Below are positions 1 to 11,754 of a stretch of DNA of 64,000 bases, piece after piece. The translations under genes were made by a program, and so were the position numbers. Numbering within the stretch: position 1 is the first letter of the stretch; every line of letters begins with the position of its first letter. The DNA is taken from contig CAZPYJ010000021.1 of the NCBI GenBank assembly GCA_964590645.1, positions 5,121-69,120 of the forward strand, given 5' to 3'. The stretch is from an uncultured Lentimicrobiaceae bacterium (GTDB lineage Bacteria > Bacteroidota > Bacteroidia > Bacteroidales > JAGNHN01). Below the pieces are notes generated by a model. The model was not told the DNA's origin. It did not search any database and saw only the letters and a list, made by a program, of their open reading frames with translations.

Positions 1-1563
1 GTAGATCGGATAAAAGCCTTCGTCCCCATAGACATTGCGGGCGATATAGGCCTTCATCAGACCTTTTATTCTTTCCCGGCCAAAATCAAGTCCTTCAGGG
101 TCAACTTCTAATCCTTCCTTGCGGCAGAATTCCAGAAAATCATTAAAGAGTGCATCCCTGATTTGAAATCTACTCGTAAAAGCTTGGTGATCACCGAATT
201 CGAGTAATCGTGGGCGTTCTTTATCGGTGTATTGAAAAGCGAAGCGGTAGATAAGGCCACGCTGCACAAGTTGATTGTAATAGCGGTATCTTTCATCCTG
301 TTCCAGTCCCACAAACACGTCAGGGCTGATGCCTCCACCGCCGTACACTATTTTGCCTTCCGGCGTAACATACTGAAGAGAATCCACATTATGAATGCTG
401 TCCGGGTTTGACATTTCGCCTCCGTGAAAGCGAGCCATCAGATCGGCGTGGTATTCCCTGCTTCCATTTTCATAGGGTCTTTGGATGGAGCGTCCTGTTG
501 GGGTATAATAGCGGGCCACGGTCAGGCGCACCCCGGAACCATCGGGGAAATTGAGCTGTTCCTGCACCAAACCTTTTCCAAAACTACGCCTGCCAAGGAT
601 CATTCCCCGGTCATTGTCCTGGACAGCTCCGGCCACGATTTCGCTGGCAGAGGCAGAGCCTTCATCGATCAGGATACAGAGTTCCTGGTTTTTAAAGCGA
701 CCCTTTTCAGTGGCATAGAAGAAGCGTTTAGGGCGTGCCCTTCCTTCGGTATAGACAATCAGCTTACCCGCTTCCAGCAGTTCATCTGCCAGGGCGATGG
801 CTGCATCCAGGTAACCTCCGCTGTTCCCTCTCAGGTCCAGGATAAGTTTTTCCATTCCCTCATCCATCAGCTTGTCCAGTGCAGATGAAAATTCTTTGAC
901 GGTGGTCATTGAGAAGCGGCTCAGCCTGATATAGCCAATCCCTGCTTCGGGCATAAAAGAAATATCGATGCTATAGGTAGGGATGACGTCGCGCACGATG
1001 GTGAACGGGATCAGGTCTTCAAAACCCCGCCGGGCAATATCCAGCTCCACGATACTTCCTTTGTCTCCTTTCAATAAGCGCATCACATCCATTGTGCTGA
1101 GGTTCTTCCCGGCTACTGTTTCCCCGTCCACTTTCACAATGCGGTCTCCATCCTGGAGGCCAGCCTTTTCCGAAGGTCCTCCGGGAATGACGTGCAGCAC
1201 CATAATGGTGTCCTCCTGCATATTAAACTGCACGCCAATCCCTTCGAACTTTCCCAGCAAAGGGTCGTTCATCGTGTGATAGTCTTCTGCAGGGATAAAA
1301 ACACTGTGCGGATCGAGTTCTGTCAGCAGGGCTACGATGGCATCCTCACTCAGCCTGGCAGGGTTTACCGTATCCACATAAGCATTGCTGATATAGTTCA
1401 GCACATCCTGAATTTTATCGTAGGCTCCCTGAATCCCAACTTGTTGTGCGCTTGCTGTATGGTTCCGGCTCAGGTATTGTCCGGCCAGGAGGCCCAGCCC
1501 CAGTACTGCTCCGAGCAGCAATGGCCAAAGCCAGATACGCATCCTGTCCTGCGATTCTATCAT
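1..1563 (-). CDS. C-terminal processing (tail-specific) peptidase, S41 family; C-terminus runs off the window start
   Basis: Not in the ORF track because there is no stop in the window. My reverse-strand translation from the ATG at 1563 stays open to base 1. It gives MIESQDRMRIWLWPLLLGAVLGL (signal/TM), a PDZ-like GIGVQFN..VIPGGPSEKAGLQDGDRIVKVDG, and S41 core motifs LDLRGNSGGYL and IDEGSASASEIVAGAVQDN..GRRSFGKG. Confidence 0.9.
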   Translation of the reverse strand, partial: MIESQDRMRIWLWPLLLGAVLGLGLLAGQYLSRNHTASAQQVGIQGAYDKIQDVLNYISNAYVDTVNPARLSEDAIVALLTELDPHSVFIPAEDYHTMNDPLLGKFEGIGVQFNMQEDTIMVLHVIPGGPSEKAGLQDGDRIVKVDGETVAGKNLSTMDVMRLLKGDKGSIVELDIARRGFEDLIPFTIVRDVIPTYSIDISFMPEAGIGYIRLSRFSMTTVKEFSSALDKLMDEGMEKLILDLRGNSGGYLDAAIALADELLEAGKLIVYTEGRARPKRFFYATEKGRFKNQELCILIDEGSASASEIVAGAVQDNDRGMILGRRSFGKGLVQEQLNFPDGSGVRLTVARYYTPTGRSIQRPYENGSREYHADLMARFHGGEMSNPDSIHNVDSLQYVTPEGKIVYGGGGISPDVFVGLEQDERYRYYNQLVQRGLIYRFAFQYTDKERPRLLEFGDHQAFTSRFQIRDALFNDFLEFCRKEGLEVDPEGLDFGRERIKGLMKAYIARNVYGDEGFYPIY

Positions 1564-1589
1564 CTTATCTTCCAAAAATTATTCTTTTG

Positions 1590-2450
1590 TTAGCGAATGA
1601 GCTTCCGGGTTTGTACACGGTTCCCGTCACTCCACTGCAGAATATAAATCCCCTTGGGCATACCTGAGGTAGCAATGCTCACTCTACCCTGCCGGCTTTC
1701 GTCTTCCCATACTTTCTGTCCGGTCAGCGACATCAGGCTGAGTTGATAGGTTTGTCCGGCTATGGCATCCCATTCCACGTTCAGTTCATTCTCAAAAGGA
1801 AGCGGGTAAACACTGAGTTCAGGCAGGGCGAGCGGAGCCTCGATGCCGGTGCTTGGGTCGAAGGAAAGCGCATCCACATAGAAACGGTTTCCCGGCGTAT
1901 CATAGAGATACTCAATGAAGATAAAGACGGTATCCGGGCTCAGGGCTACAATTGGGGTGATGTCCACTTCAAACTGGGTGTAGCTTGTCGGAAAACTGCT
2001 GAGCAACTCCGTGCCCTGGGCAACCAGAATATTGGAATCATTAACCGCATCATAGTGAAAGAAGAATGCATTTACGGAAGCCGCCTCAGAAGGGCTGCCT
2101 TCATATTTGTAATATCCATAGAGCTTGGGAGGGACCGTACTAATAGGGAAGATAGAAATCAGGTCGGCACCGTTGCTGTCGAGGTCAGTTTCTATCATCA
2201 CCGCTGAATTTCCAAAACCAAAGCTACTGGACGATTGATACAGATTGATGCTTCCTCCAAAAAGGGCATTAAACATAGAGGTGAAGGGCATCCAATCAAC
2301 GGGATGGTCAAAATAGACCGTACCGGCCATTCCCACTACGCTGTCGGTGGTCCAGTTCTCAAAACTTGCATTGGGAATGCTTTGTGCTTTCAGCTGTAAT
2401 CCTGCAAAGAGGAAAAAGGAAAGAATCAGTGTGCGGGTAATTGTTTTCAT
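1590..2450 (-). CDS. secreted protein with T9SS (Por) C-terminal sorting domain, function unknown
   Basis: N-terminal signal peptide MKTITRTLILSFFLFAGLQLKAQS. C-terminal ~80 aa (SVYPLPFENELNVEW..GIYILQWSDGNRVQTRKLIR) matches the typical T9SS CTD pattern. Confidence 0.8.
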   Translation of the reverse strand: MKTITRTLILSFFLFAGLQLKAQSIPNASFENWTTDSVVGMAGTVYFDHPVDWMPFTSMFNALFGGSINLYQSSSSFGFGNSAVMIETDLDSNGADLISIFPISTVPPKLYGYYKYEGSPSEAASVNAFFFHYDAVNDSNILVAQGTELLSSFPTSYTQFEVDITPIVALSPDTVFIFIEYLYDTPGNRFYVDALSFDPSTGIEAPLALPELSVYPLPFENELNVEWDAIAGQTYQLSLMSLTGQKVWEDESRQGRVSIATSGMPKGIYILQWSDGNRVQTRKLIR

Positions 2451-2492
2451 CTTCTTTTTATATTTTGAAGACAGCTATTAGCAAATATGCTG

Positions 2493-2523
2493 CCAAAAAA
2501 GGCTGTCTTATGGGGACAGCCTT
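2493..2523 (-). terminator. rho-independent terminator after ferritin
   Basis: 9-bp stem AAGGCTGTC / GACAGCCTT (2499-2507 and 2515-2523) followed on the minus strand by a T-run. Confidence 0.65.
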
Positions 2524-2547
2524 AATAAATTCGCAGGAAAGATAGAA

Positions 2548-3054
2548 TCATTGGGCAGGGCCGGCTGCGGCCATTGCCGACAATTCCTTGTCGATGTGGA
2601 AGATACCGCCCTTTTCACCTCCGGCCAGTTCCATCTTATCCAGGATGCCCTGCATCGTACTTTCTTCTTCAATTTGTTCTTCGATATACCATTGCATAAA
2701 CTGGGCAGTGGTATAATCTTTTTCCTCCAGGGCGACTCCGTACACCTTATTGATTTCGCTGCTTACAAACTGTTCGTGCTTGTACACTGCTTTGAACAGA
2801 TCGTGCAGGTTGCCATACTCATCGGAGGGGGCTTCCAGGGCGGCCACGGCAGCCTTTCCTCCCCTGTCGTTCACATAATGCACCAGTTTAAGCATATGCA
2901 TTCTTTCCTCATCCGACTGAGCATAGAGGAATTGGGCAGCGCCTGGGTATCCTTTGGTTTCACACCAAACGGCCATAGCCAGGTAGATGCGGGAAGAATG
3001 TTCTTCGACGGTAATCTGGTGATTCAGGGCCTTTTCAATTTTCTTCGAAAGCAT
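2548..3054 (-). CDS. ferritin (non-heme, Ftn-type)
   Basis: 168 aa. LNHQITVEEHSSRIYLAMAVW..AQSDEERMHMLKLVHYVNDRGG fits a ferritin di-iron site pattern. Confidence 0.9.
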   Translation of the reverse strand: MLSKKIEKALNHQITVEEHSSRIYLAMAVWCETKGYPGAAQFLYAQSDEERMHMLKLVHYVNDRGGKAAVAALEAPSDEYGNLHDLFKAVYKHEQFVSSEINKVYGVALEEKDYTTAQFMQWYIEEQIEEESTMQGILDKMELAGGEKGGIFHIDKELSAMAAAGPAQ

Positions 3055-3128
3055 TGTCCTTAATTTTTATGGGTTCAAGGGAATAACAAGCAAAAGGCTG
3101 CCTTGTTTAATTCAAGTCCGTATCTTCT

Positions 3129-4007
3129 CTACTGCCCCTCCCGCAGTGCATTGGCACCGCTGACAATTTCCAGGATTTCCTTGGTGATGGTAGCCTGGCG
3201 TGCCTTATTATAGGAAAGGTTCAGTTCCCTGAGAATATCCTTGGCATTTTCGGTGGCCTGGTGCATTGCGGTCATACGGGCGCCGTGTTCTGAGGCAAAG
3301 CTGTCCAGCAGCGCTTTGTAGAACTGTATCTTCAGAATTTTGGGGATCAACTCCTGCAGGATGGTTTCTTTATCCGGTTCGAGGATAAAATCTTCGATGG
3401 CCGTATCGCTTTCTTCTTTTTCAGATGCTACGGGCAAATACACCTCGTCCACCGTCTTCTGTACGGCAGCATTCTTAAACTGATTGTAAACCAAGACAAT
3501 CCGGTCATATTCTTGCCGATTAAACTGTTCCATCAGCTTTTCAGCGAGGGGAGCGGCCTGTTCAAAGCTCAGGTTATGATAAACATCATCGTGGCGTTCC
3601 AGTACAGGATACTGTCTTTTGATATAATGCTCACTGATTTTTCTTCCAATGGTAATCAGTTTGAGATCCCCCCTGGCGTGCTGTTCAGCGAATTCTCCTT
3701 CAATGAGCTGGCGTACCCGCCGGATGACGTTGGTGTTGAAAGCACCGCAAAGGCCTCTGTTGGAGGAGAGGGCTACGATGAGGATTTTCTCAGCGGGGCG
3801 CACTATAGCCAGGCTGTTCCCTTCCTGCTCACTGCTGCTCAGGTTGGCTGAAATCTCCTTCAGCTTCTCTGCATAAGGGCGCAGTTTGAGGATGGCATTC
3901 TGGGTTTTCCGAAGCCGGGAGGCCGCCACCAGCTTCATCGCCGCAGTAATCTGCTGGGTAGATTTGATGGAGGCGATCCTGGTACGAACTTCTTTCAGGT
4001 TGGGCAT
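3129..4007 (-). CDS. atpG: F0F1 ATP synthase subunit gamma
   Basis: MPNLKEVRTRIASIKSTQQITAAMKLVAASRLRK N-terminus and NKARQATITKEILEIVSGA C-terminus; sits in the atp operon. Confidence 0.95.
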   Translation of the reverse strand: MPNLKEVRTRIASIKSTQQITAAMKLVAASRLRKTQNAILKLRPYAEKLKEISANLSSSEQEGNSLAIVRPAEKILIVALSSNRGLCGAFNTNVIRRVRQLIEGEFAEQHARGDLKLITIGRKISEHYIKRQYPVLERHDDVYHNLSFEQAAPLAEKLMEQFNRQEYDRIVLVYNQFKNAAVQKTVDEVYLPVASEKEESDTAIEDFILEPDKETILQELIPKILKIQFYKALLDSFASEHGARMTAMHQATENAKDILRELNLSYNKARQATITKEILEIVSGANALREGQ

Positions 4008-4039
4008 AGGCTTAGCACTTTGGGTGTGGGCCCTGTATA

Positions 4040-5626
4040 CTATTTGGTTTCATATCGCGCGGCAATCTCCCGGGCGGTGGCTTCCAGGCTTGCCGTGATC
4101 TCATCATTGATCACCCCCTTCTTGAGATGCTGCAGCAATTCGGGATGCGTGGTTTCCAGATGATGCAGGAACTCATCCTCAAAATCTCTGATAGAGGTCA
4201 GGGGCACATTGCGTAGCAGGCCGCGGGTACCACAGAAGATGATGGCAATTTGCTTTTCCACTTCCATCGGACTGTGCAGGCCTTGCTTGAGTATCTCCAC
4301 ATTGCGGGCGCCTTTGTCGATGACAGCCTTGGTGGAGGCATCCAGGTCGGAACCGAATTTGGCAAAGGCTTCCAGCTCACGGTACTGAGCCTGGTCAAGC
4401 TTCAGGGTTCCCGCCACTTTTTTCATTGATTTGATCTGTGCCGATCCACCGACGCGGGAGACGGAGATACCGACATTGATGGCGGGGCGGATACCGGCAT
4501 TGAAGAGATTGGTTTCGAGGAAAATCTGTCCATCGGTGATGGAGATGACATTGGTCGGGATATAGGCAGATACGTCTCCGGCCTGGGTCTCGATGATGGG
4601 GAGGGCCGTTAGTGATCCTCCTCCTTTCACCTTATCCCTGAGGCTTTCCGGCAGGTCGTTCATACTGCGGGCAATGGCATCGGTTTCATTGATCTTCGCC
4701 GCCCTTTCCAGCAGGCGGGAATGGAGATAAAAGACATCTCCGGGATAGGCTTCCCGGCCGGGCGGACGCCGCAGCAGGAGGGAAACTTCACGATAGGCCA
4801 CAGCCTGTTTACTCAGGTCATCATATACCACCAGGGCCGGTCGGCCGGTATCGCGGAAATATTCTCCGATGGCAGCTCCGGTGAAGGGGGCGTAGAACTG
4901 CATTGCTGCAGCATCAGAGGCTGTAGCAGCCACCACTACGGTATATTGCAGGGCTCCGTGATCCTCCAGTGTTTTAACAATATTGGCCACGGTCGATCCT
5001 TTTTGTCCGATCGCTACATATATACAATAGACGGGTTCTCCGCGCTCAAAGAATTCGCGCTGATTGATGATGGTATCGATGGCGACGGAGGATTTTCCGG
5101 TCTGGCGGTCGCCGATGATCAGCTCACGTTGTCCTCTCCCAATGGGAATCATTGCATCTATGGCTTTGATCCCGGTTTGCAGTGGTTCATTCACCGGCTG
5201 GCGAAAGATGACGCCGGGGGCTTTTCGTTCCAGGGGCATCTCAAAACGTTCCCCTTTGATGTCTCCTTTGCCGTCCAGTGGTTCTCCCAGGGTATTGACT
5301 ACCCGGCCCAGCAGGCCATCTCCGGCGCGGATGGAGGCGATGCGGCGGGTCCGCTTTACGGTATCCCCCTCCTGGGTATGCCCGGCATCTCCAAGCAGAA
5401 CGACACCCACATTGTCTTCCTCCAGGTTGAGGGCAATGCCCATCAGTCCGGTTTTTTCAAATTCTACCATCTCCCCCGACTGGACATTGGTCAGGCCGAA
5501 GACGCGTGCGATGCCATCGCCTACCTGGAGTACGGTACCGGTTTCCTCCAGTTGTTTTTCATCACGGTATCCGGCCAGTTGCTGCCTCAATATCGCCGTT
5601 ACCTCGGCAGGTTTGATTTGTGCCAT
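4040..5626 (-). CDS. atpA: F0F1 ATP synthase subunit alpha
   Basis: 528 aa; Walker A GDRQTGKS; typical alpha-subunit sequence throughout. Confidence 0.97.
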   Translation of the reverse strand: MAQIKPAEVTAILRQQLAGYRDEKQLEETGTVLQVGDGIARVFGLTNVQSGEMVEFEKTGLMGIALNLEEDNVGVVLLGDAGHTQEGDTVKRTRRIASIRAGDGLLGRVVNTLGEPLDGKGDIKGERFEMPLERKAPGVIFRQPVNEPLQTGIKAIDAMIPIGRGQRELIIGDRQTGKSSVAIDTIINQREFFERGEPVYCIYVAIGQKGSTVANIVKTLEDHGALQYTVVVAATASDAAAMQFYAPFTGAAIGEYFRDTGRPALVVYDDLSKQAVAYREVSLLLRRPPGREAYPGDVFYLHSRLLERAAKINETDAIARSMNDLPESLRDKVKGGGSLTALPIIETQAGDVSAYIPTNVISITDGQIFLETNLFNAGIRPAINVGISVSRVGGSAQIKSMKKVAGTLKLDQAQYRELEAFAKFGSDLDASTKAVIDKGARNVEILKQGLHSPMEVEKQIAIIFCGTRGLLRNVPLTSIRDFEDEFLHHLETTHPELLQHLKKGVINDEITASLEATAREIAARYETK

Positions 5627-5635
5627 ATCTATGCT

Positions 5636-6193
5636 TTAAAACATTCTCACATAAAGATTACTATCAAATTTCTTTTTGAGCTTCACCAGCTCACGCGCCA
5701 GGCTTGCATCGTACTTCCGGTCTTCAAAGCGCAGCACAAAGCCTCCGATCAGATCCGGATCGATTTCCTCTTCCATCCATATCTCAGCATTAAGATCAGT
5801 CCTGATTTGTTCCAAAAGCGCGGCTTTCAGCTCGGGATGGAGCGGTGTGGCCGTGATAAGCTTCATCGAGATGATGCCTTTGTGCTGACGATAAACAGCT
5901 TCATAAGCCGAGGTGATATCGCCCAGAAAAGCCTCTCTGCTGTTGGTTACCAGGAGTTTCATAAACGACAAACTCAATACCTGGCAATGATCTCCAAAGA
6001 GGGCGGTCAGGATAGCCTTCTTTTTAGGCAGTTTAACTAAGGGGCTTTTCAGAAGCTGGCGCAGGGATTTGTTTTCCTCCACTACGGATGAAACCAGCAT
6101 CATATCATTGCGGGTTTCCTCCACCAGCCCCTGTTCCAGTGCCAGTTGGAAAAAAGCTTTTGCATATCTCGTTGCAACCTTGCCGCTACTCAT
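5636..6193 (-). CDS. atpH: F0F1 ATP synthase subunit delta (OSCP)
   Basis: 185 aa; VATRYAKAFFQLA N-terminus; positioned between atpF and atpA. Confidence 0.9.
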   Translation of the reverse strand: MSSGKVATRYAKAFFQLALEQGLVEETRNDMMLVSSVVEENKSLRQLLKSPLVKLPKKKAILTALFGDHCQVLSLSFMKLLVTNSREAFLGDITSAYEAVYRQHKGIISMKLITATPLHPELKAALLEQIRTDLNAEIWMEEEIDPDLIGGFVLRFEDRKYDASLARELVKLKKKFDSNLYVRMF

Positions 6194-6202
6194 CAGTTGG
6201 GA

Positions 6203-6697
6203 TTAGTTAAATGTTACATCTTTGAGCAAGCGCTTCACCAATTCCTGCTGTTTGGGGTCGTCCGACAGTTTTTCACGCAATACCTTTTCTGCGATCTCTA
6301 TCGACAGGGATGCGAGCTGATTCTTCAGGTCGGTGATGGCTGCCAGTTTTTCGTTCTCGATGCTTTCCCTTGCGGCGGCCACAATACGATTGGCCTCCTC
6401 ATTGGCTTTCAGGCGAGACTCTTCCATCATTTTTTCTCTCACACTGCGTGCATCGCGCAGGATGACATCCCGTTCCTCTCTTGCCTGCATCAGTAACTTC
6501 TCATTGTCTACCTGCAACTGCTGCATCTCCTCTCTGGCTCTGTCGGCAGCGTGCAGGGCATTGTCAATGCCTTCCTCCCTTTCTTTGAGTGCTTTCAGGA
6601 TGGGTTTCCAGGCGAATTTGCGCAGAATGAAAAGGACCAGGCCAAAAGCCAGGGACATCCAGAACATCAGGCCTATTCCAGGGCTAATTAGTTCCAT
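6203..6697 (-). CDS. atpF: F0F1 ATP synthase subunit b
   Basis: 164 aa; one N-terminal TM helix followed by a long charged coiled coil; operon position. Confidence 0.9.
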   Translation of the reverse strand: MELISPGIGLMFWMSLAFGLVLFILRKFAWKPILKALKEREEGIDNALHAADRAREEMQQLQVDNEKLLMQAREERDVILRDARSVREKMMEESRLKANEEANRIVAAARESIENEKLAAITDLKNQLASLSIEIAEKVLREKLSDDPKQQELVKRLLKDVTFN

Positions 6698-6774
6698 ATA
6701 TTGTGCTGTGATAAAATTATCAAAAACCCGGCATCCGGTTCAATCGCCCGGATACCGGATAAGGGATGGCTTTC

Positions 6775-8216
<1,442 letters not shown>

Positions 8217-8368
8217 ATTTCCCGAGGCTCAAGACGTTCCAGAAATCGCTGCAATTTTACGAAGTTTTGCCGAAAGATCGCTATGCTTTCGCTTTTTCTA
8301 TTTCTCAGAAGCTGCGTACCTTGCAGTGCTGCACACAGCAAGCACACATTATATCTAAGATTCCACCT

Positions 8369-8740
8369 ATGAAATGGTTAAAAACAGTCCTGCCTCTGGT
8401 TTTGTTTATCCTCCTCTTGTATTTTGCCTATTCCCTGCTGTTCACCCATCACCGGCTCAGGGACGCCCGCCGCGAACTGCAGACTATGGAAACACAACTG
8501 GGAAGCATTATTCACCGGCTGGAGGCGGCTCAACTTTCATTGGACACAGCGATGGCCCGCCTGGAAAGCAGCCGCAGAGAAATGAGCCAGCTGCGCCAGA
8601 ATGCAGACAACCATCGGGACGACTTTTTGCAGGATCTGGATTCAGCCTTTGTGAAACTCCAAAGGCTACAGGCCAGAATGCAAACGCAGTGGGAAGAAAT
8701 CAGTCAATTGCAGGATCAACTCAGAGCACTAGAAAAATGA
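8369..8740 (+). CDS. small membrane-anchored coiled-coil protein, unknown function
   Basis: Start trimmed to the ATG at 8369 (MKWLKTVLPLVLFILLLYFAYSLLF, a TM helix), followed by heptad-rich coiled coil. Its stop overlaps the next start (ATGA). Confidence 0.7.
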   Translation: MKWLKTVLPLVLFILLLYFAYSLLFTHHRLRDARRELQTMETQLGSIIHRLEAAQLSLDTAMARLESSRREMSQLRQNADNHRDDFLQDLDSAFVKLQRLQARMQTQWEEISQLQDQLRALEK

Positions 8741-9282
8741 GATACAGCCTTTTCCTTATCCTTCTCCTCAGTATGCTGCATCTACCCTCACTGCAGGGGC
8801 AGAACCCCCTTTTTAAGCCGGGCGAATGCGGGGAAACGCCTTCACCCCGGCTCTGGTTGAAGGGAGAAGTGTTTCAGCATCCCTGCGACAGCCTCTGGAT
8901 CATCACCCCGGCCCGGCTCCAGCTTTATGAAGAGGCCGTACAGCTCATCCTGGCCTGGGATACCACCCGCCTCTTTGCCGAACTCTCAGGGCTCGAAAAA
9001 TCCCTGCATCAAATCACATCCAGCGGCAGGCAGATGCAAAGCGATTATGATGCCCTGGAAGAGGCTTATCGCAAAACCCTCGACAAGCAGGAGTCCCAGA
9101 TCCAGGGATTGCGGCAGGCCCTGTCAGAGGTCAGGGATGGCATTGATGCTGAACGCCAGCGAAGCGCATCCATCGCCAGCGAACTGAGAATAGCCCAAAA
9201 GCAACAGCATCGAAGATCCATTATCTGGGGCGGAAGCGGATTTGCACTGGGGGTACTGGCCACTTTTTTGATCACTCATTAA
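8737..9282 (+). CDS. secreted/anchored coiled-coil protein, unknown function
   Basis: The in-frame ATG at 8737 gives signal peptide MRYSLFLILLLSMLHLPSLQGQ and a C-terminal TM (IIWGGSGFALGVLATFLI). The upstream part of the 302-aa track ORF overlaps the better-looking 8369 frame and reads like junk. Confidence 0.65.
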   Translation: MRYSLFLILLLSMLHLPSLQGQNPLFKPGECGETPSPRLWLKGEVFQHPCDSLWIITPARLQLYEEAVQLILAWDTTRLFAELSGLEKSLHQITSSGRQMQSDYDALEEAYRKTLDKQESQIQGLRQALSEVRDGIDAERQRSASIASELRIAQKQQHRRSIIWGGSGFALGVLATFLITH

Positions 9283-9294
9283 AACCAAAATGCG

Positions 9295-10014
9295 ATGAAA
9301 CTAGCTCGAAGCCTATGTATTCTTCTGTGCCTCCTTCTCGCTGGCTGGCTGCCGGCGCAGGAGCTGGAAGAGATAGTAAAAAAACACCTCGAAGCCACCG
9401 GTATCAACAAGGTGAAAGACCTGAAATCCTATACCCTGAGCGGAAAGGCGGATATGGCCGGCACCAGTGGCCCGGTGAAACAGATCGTGGATGCTTCAGG
9501 GAAAATCAGGATGGAAGTAGAATTGAACGGGCAAAAGATCATTCAGGTGGTAAGCGGACAGGAAGGCTGGATGATTATGCCCCTGAGCGGCTCCAGGGAA
9601 CCCAGACCGCTGAGCCCTGAACAGGTACAGAGCCTCCAGCGCCAGGCCTCCCTCGAAGGCCTGCTCCACCAATGGAAGGAAAAGGGCCGGCAAGTGAGCC
9701 TGGAAGGAAAAGAAAAAGTACTGAACCGCGAAATGCACCGGATCAAAGTGCTGGAAAGCGGAAACCAGGCCCTGATCTCCTACCTGTATATCGATACGGA
9801 CGATTTTCTGTTGCGTGCCCAAAAAGATGTAAGCTATATGAGCGGACAGGAAGTGATTTCAATGACCTACTTCGATCATTTCCGGATATTTGGCGGCATA
9901 CAATTCCCGATGCGCATCGAAAGCAAATTGAACGGGCAAACGGTGATGCTGATCACCACCGGAAAAGTGGAAATCAATCCTGAGTTGGACCAAGCCTTGT
10001 TTCAAAAACCATAA
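9295..10014 (+). CDS. secreted protein resembling outer-membrane lipoprotein-sorting (LolA-like fold) proteins
   Basis: Signal peptide MKLARSLCILLCLLLAGWLPAQ. Pattern EEIVKKHLEATG..LKSYTLSGK....GWMIMP is reminiscent of that family. Weak, motif-level call. Confidence 0.55.
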   Translation: MKLARSLCILLCLLLAGWLPAQELEEIVKKHLEATGINKVKDLKSYTLSGKADMAGTSGPVKQIVDASGKIRMEVELNGQKIIQVVSGQEGWMIMPLSGSREPRPLSPEQVQSLQRQASLEGLLHQWKEKGRQVSLEGKEKVLNREMHRIKVLESGNQALISYLYIDTDDFLLRAQKDVSYMSGQEVISMTYFDHFRIFGGIQFPMRIESKLNGQTVMLITTGKVEINPELDQALFQKP

Positions 10015-10124
10015 GGCGGCTCAAAGGAAGCTGTGGGAAAATGACCTGTATTGGATCCCTTCCCAAATGAAACCACGGCAGCAGTGCCGCCTTATTCTTC
10101 GTTGCTTTGCTTTGGGAATAGCAT

Positions 10125-10169
10125 AAAAAAAGACAAGCAGTCCCTTATCAGTCCGCTTGTCTCTTTTTT
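10125..10169. terminator. bidirectional rho-independent terminator between convergent genes
   Basis: A-run, 8-bp stem AGACAAGC / GCTTGTCT (10131-10138 and 10155-10162), then a T-run at 10164-10169. Confidence 0.7.
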
Positions 10170-10184
10170 AATCAATCCGGATCT

Positions 10185-11495
10185 CTAGAGGAAAATCAGC
10201 TGTAATATGATATAGATGGGCAGCAATACCACCAGCGAGAATTTGAACATATACCCGAAGAAGGAAGGCATCTTATACCCGTTTTCTTCTGCAATGGCTT
10301 TAACCATAAAGTTGGGGCCATTGCCGATGTATGTCATCGCACCAAACAAGACTGCCCCCAGACTGATCGCAGTCAGCAATACCTCAGGAATACCGGCTAC
10401 CAGATGGGCCCCGGGGAAGGTATCGATCATCCCCAAAGCCAGATTGTGGAAGGATACCGCCGTAGGAGCATTGTCGAGGAAAGCACTCAAAGCACCTGTG
10501 GCATAATAAAACTGCGAGGCAGTGCTCAGTCCGAAAGATGCCGCATTCTCTTTCAAATAAATGAGTGCCGGGACCATCGTAACGAAGATGCCGAGGAATA
10601 GGAAAGCCACTTCGATTATGGGATGCCAGGTAAATTTGTTTTCAATGTAACGCATATTCTTGTTCGTCACAGCGTATGCTATGCCAGCCATAAGTAGAAT
10701 CACGGCTTCGCGGACAAAGGCAATATTATGATTGTCGTGGATGGCGTGAATGTAATGCTCGTTGAGGAAGGCTACAGAAAGAACCACGCCGAACAGAAAG
10801 AAAAAATTGAAACTGCCTTTTATCCGAATGGGCTGGATTTCAACCTCATCCCGCACCAGATCCTTCAGTTTTTCCTTCTTGTAATAATAGGAGTCCACAA
10901 GGTAATAGACGATCAGTAAAATCGCATTGGCGATAAACCATTCCCCGATCAGGCCAAAGAACCAGCCAAAGGGTGCTCCGCGCAGATAGAGCAGGAAGAG
11001 GGGCGGATCACCCAGAGGAGTAAGCATACCACCCACATTGGCCACAATGGCGATAAAGAACAAGATGGTGTGAACTTTGAACTTGCGTTGCGAATTGGTT
11101 TTAATGACCGGCCGGATCAATAGCATCGCAGCACCTGTAGTACCCATAAAGGACGCCAGCACTGCACCAATGGCCAGGAACAGGGTATTGATCGATGGCC
11201 TGGCCTGAATATCTCCCTTCAGGTGAATACCCCCCGTAATGACGAAGAGTGCACCGAGCAAGATAATGAAGGGCACATAGTCAAACAGGATCTGGTGCAT
11301 CAGGGCGTGGGTGAGTCCATTGAAAATCAGGTAAATGGAAACAGGAATACCCAGGACGAGTGAAACAATGAGCTTATTCCTGTTTTGTTCCCACCAATGA
11401 TGAAAAAACAGTGGCCCTATGGCAATAAACAAGAGCATAATGCCAAAAGGGATCGACAACCATAAAGGCATACTTTCTAAACCTCCGTGTTCCAT
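10185..11495 (-). CDS. ArsB/NhaD-superfamily ion transporter (putative Na+/H+ antiporter)
   Basis: 436 aa, about 11-12 TM helices; PLWLSIPFGIMLLFIAIGPLFFHHWWE N-terminus is typical of this permease group. Confidence 0.75.
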   Translation of the reverse strand: MEHGGLESMPLWLSIPFGIMLLFIAIGPLFFHHWWEQNRNKLIVSLVLGIPVSIYLIFNGLTHALMHQILFDYVPFIILLGALFVITGGIHLKGDIQARPSINTLFLAIGAVLASFMGTTGAAMLLIRPVIKTNSQRKFKVHTILFFIAIVANVGGMLTPLGDPPLFLLYLRGAPFGWFFGLIGEWFIANAILLIVYYLVDSYYYKKEKLKDLVRDEVEIQPIRIKGSFNFFFLFGVVLSVAFLNEHYIHAIHDNHNIAFVREAVILLMAGIAYAVTNKNMRYIENKFTWHPIIEVAFLFLGIFVTMVPALIYLKENAASFGLSTASQFYYATGALSAFLDNAPTAVSFHNLALGMIDTFPGAHLVAGIPEVLLTAISLGAVLFGAMTYIGNGPNFMVKAIAEENGYKMPSFFGYMFKFSLVVLLPIYIILQLIFL

Positions 11496-11754
11496 AATAC
11501 TACGCGTGCTAAGTGGATAGGGTTTTGATTAAACGCCGCAAATGTATGTAAATATTCAAGTATGAGCGACAAAAAAAGGAAGATGCGCTTTCAGGCATCA
11601 TCCCCTTATGACTATCCACAGGCTCAATGGGCAGGCCTGCCCGAAATCTGCCTCTGACCAAAACAAGGCAAATGAAGCGCAGGCACTTTGCTTTGAGGTG
11701 AGGCGGCTGCGAATTCAAAAAGAATTATTTTTGATCTGCAACAAACCCACATTG

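Noticed and set aside
4721-6040. Long ORFs antisense to well-supported genes. Examples: 439 aa opposite atpA, 170 aa opposite ferritin, 387 aa opposite leuS, 317 aa opposite plsX, 282 aa opposite yicC, 276 aa opposite the TPR gene and 303 aa opposite mrdA.
   Set aside because: Each lies fully inside a gene with unmistakable conserved motifs on the other strand. Their translations are low-complexity or motif-free. They are the expected shadow ORFs of a ~50% GC genome.
8374-8736. N-terminal 121 codons of the 302-aa track ORF.
   Set aside because: They overlap the 8369-8740 frame, which encodes a clean TM helix plus coiled coil, whereas this part reads as Pro/Gly/Arg-rich junk. The internal ATG at 8737 yields a proper signal peptide and an ATGA coupling.
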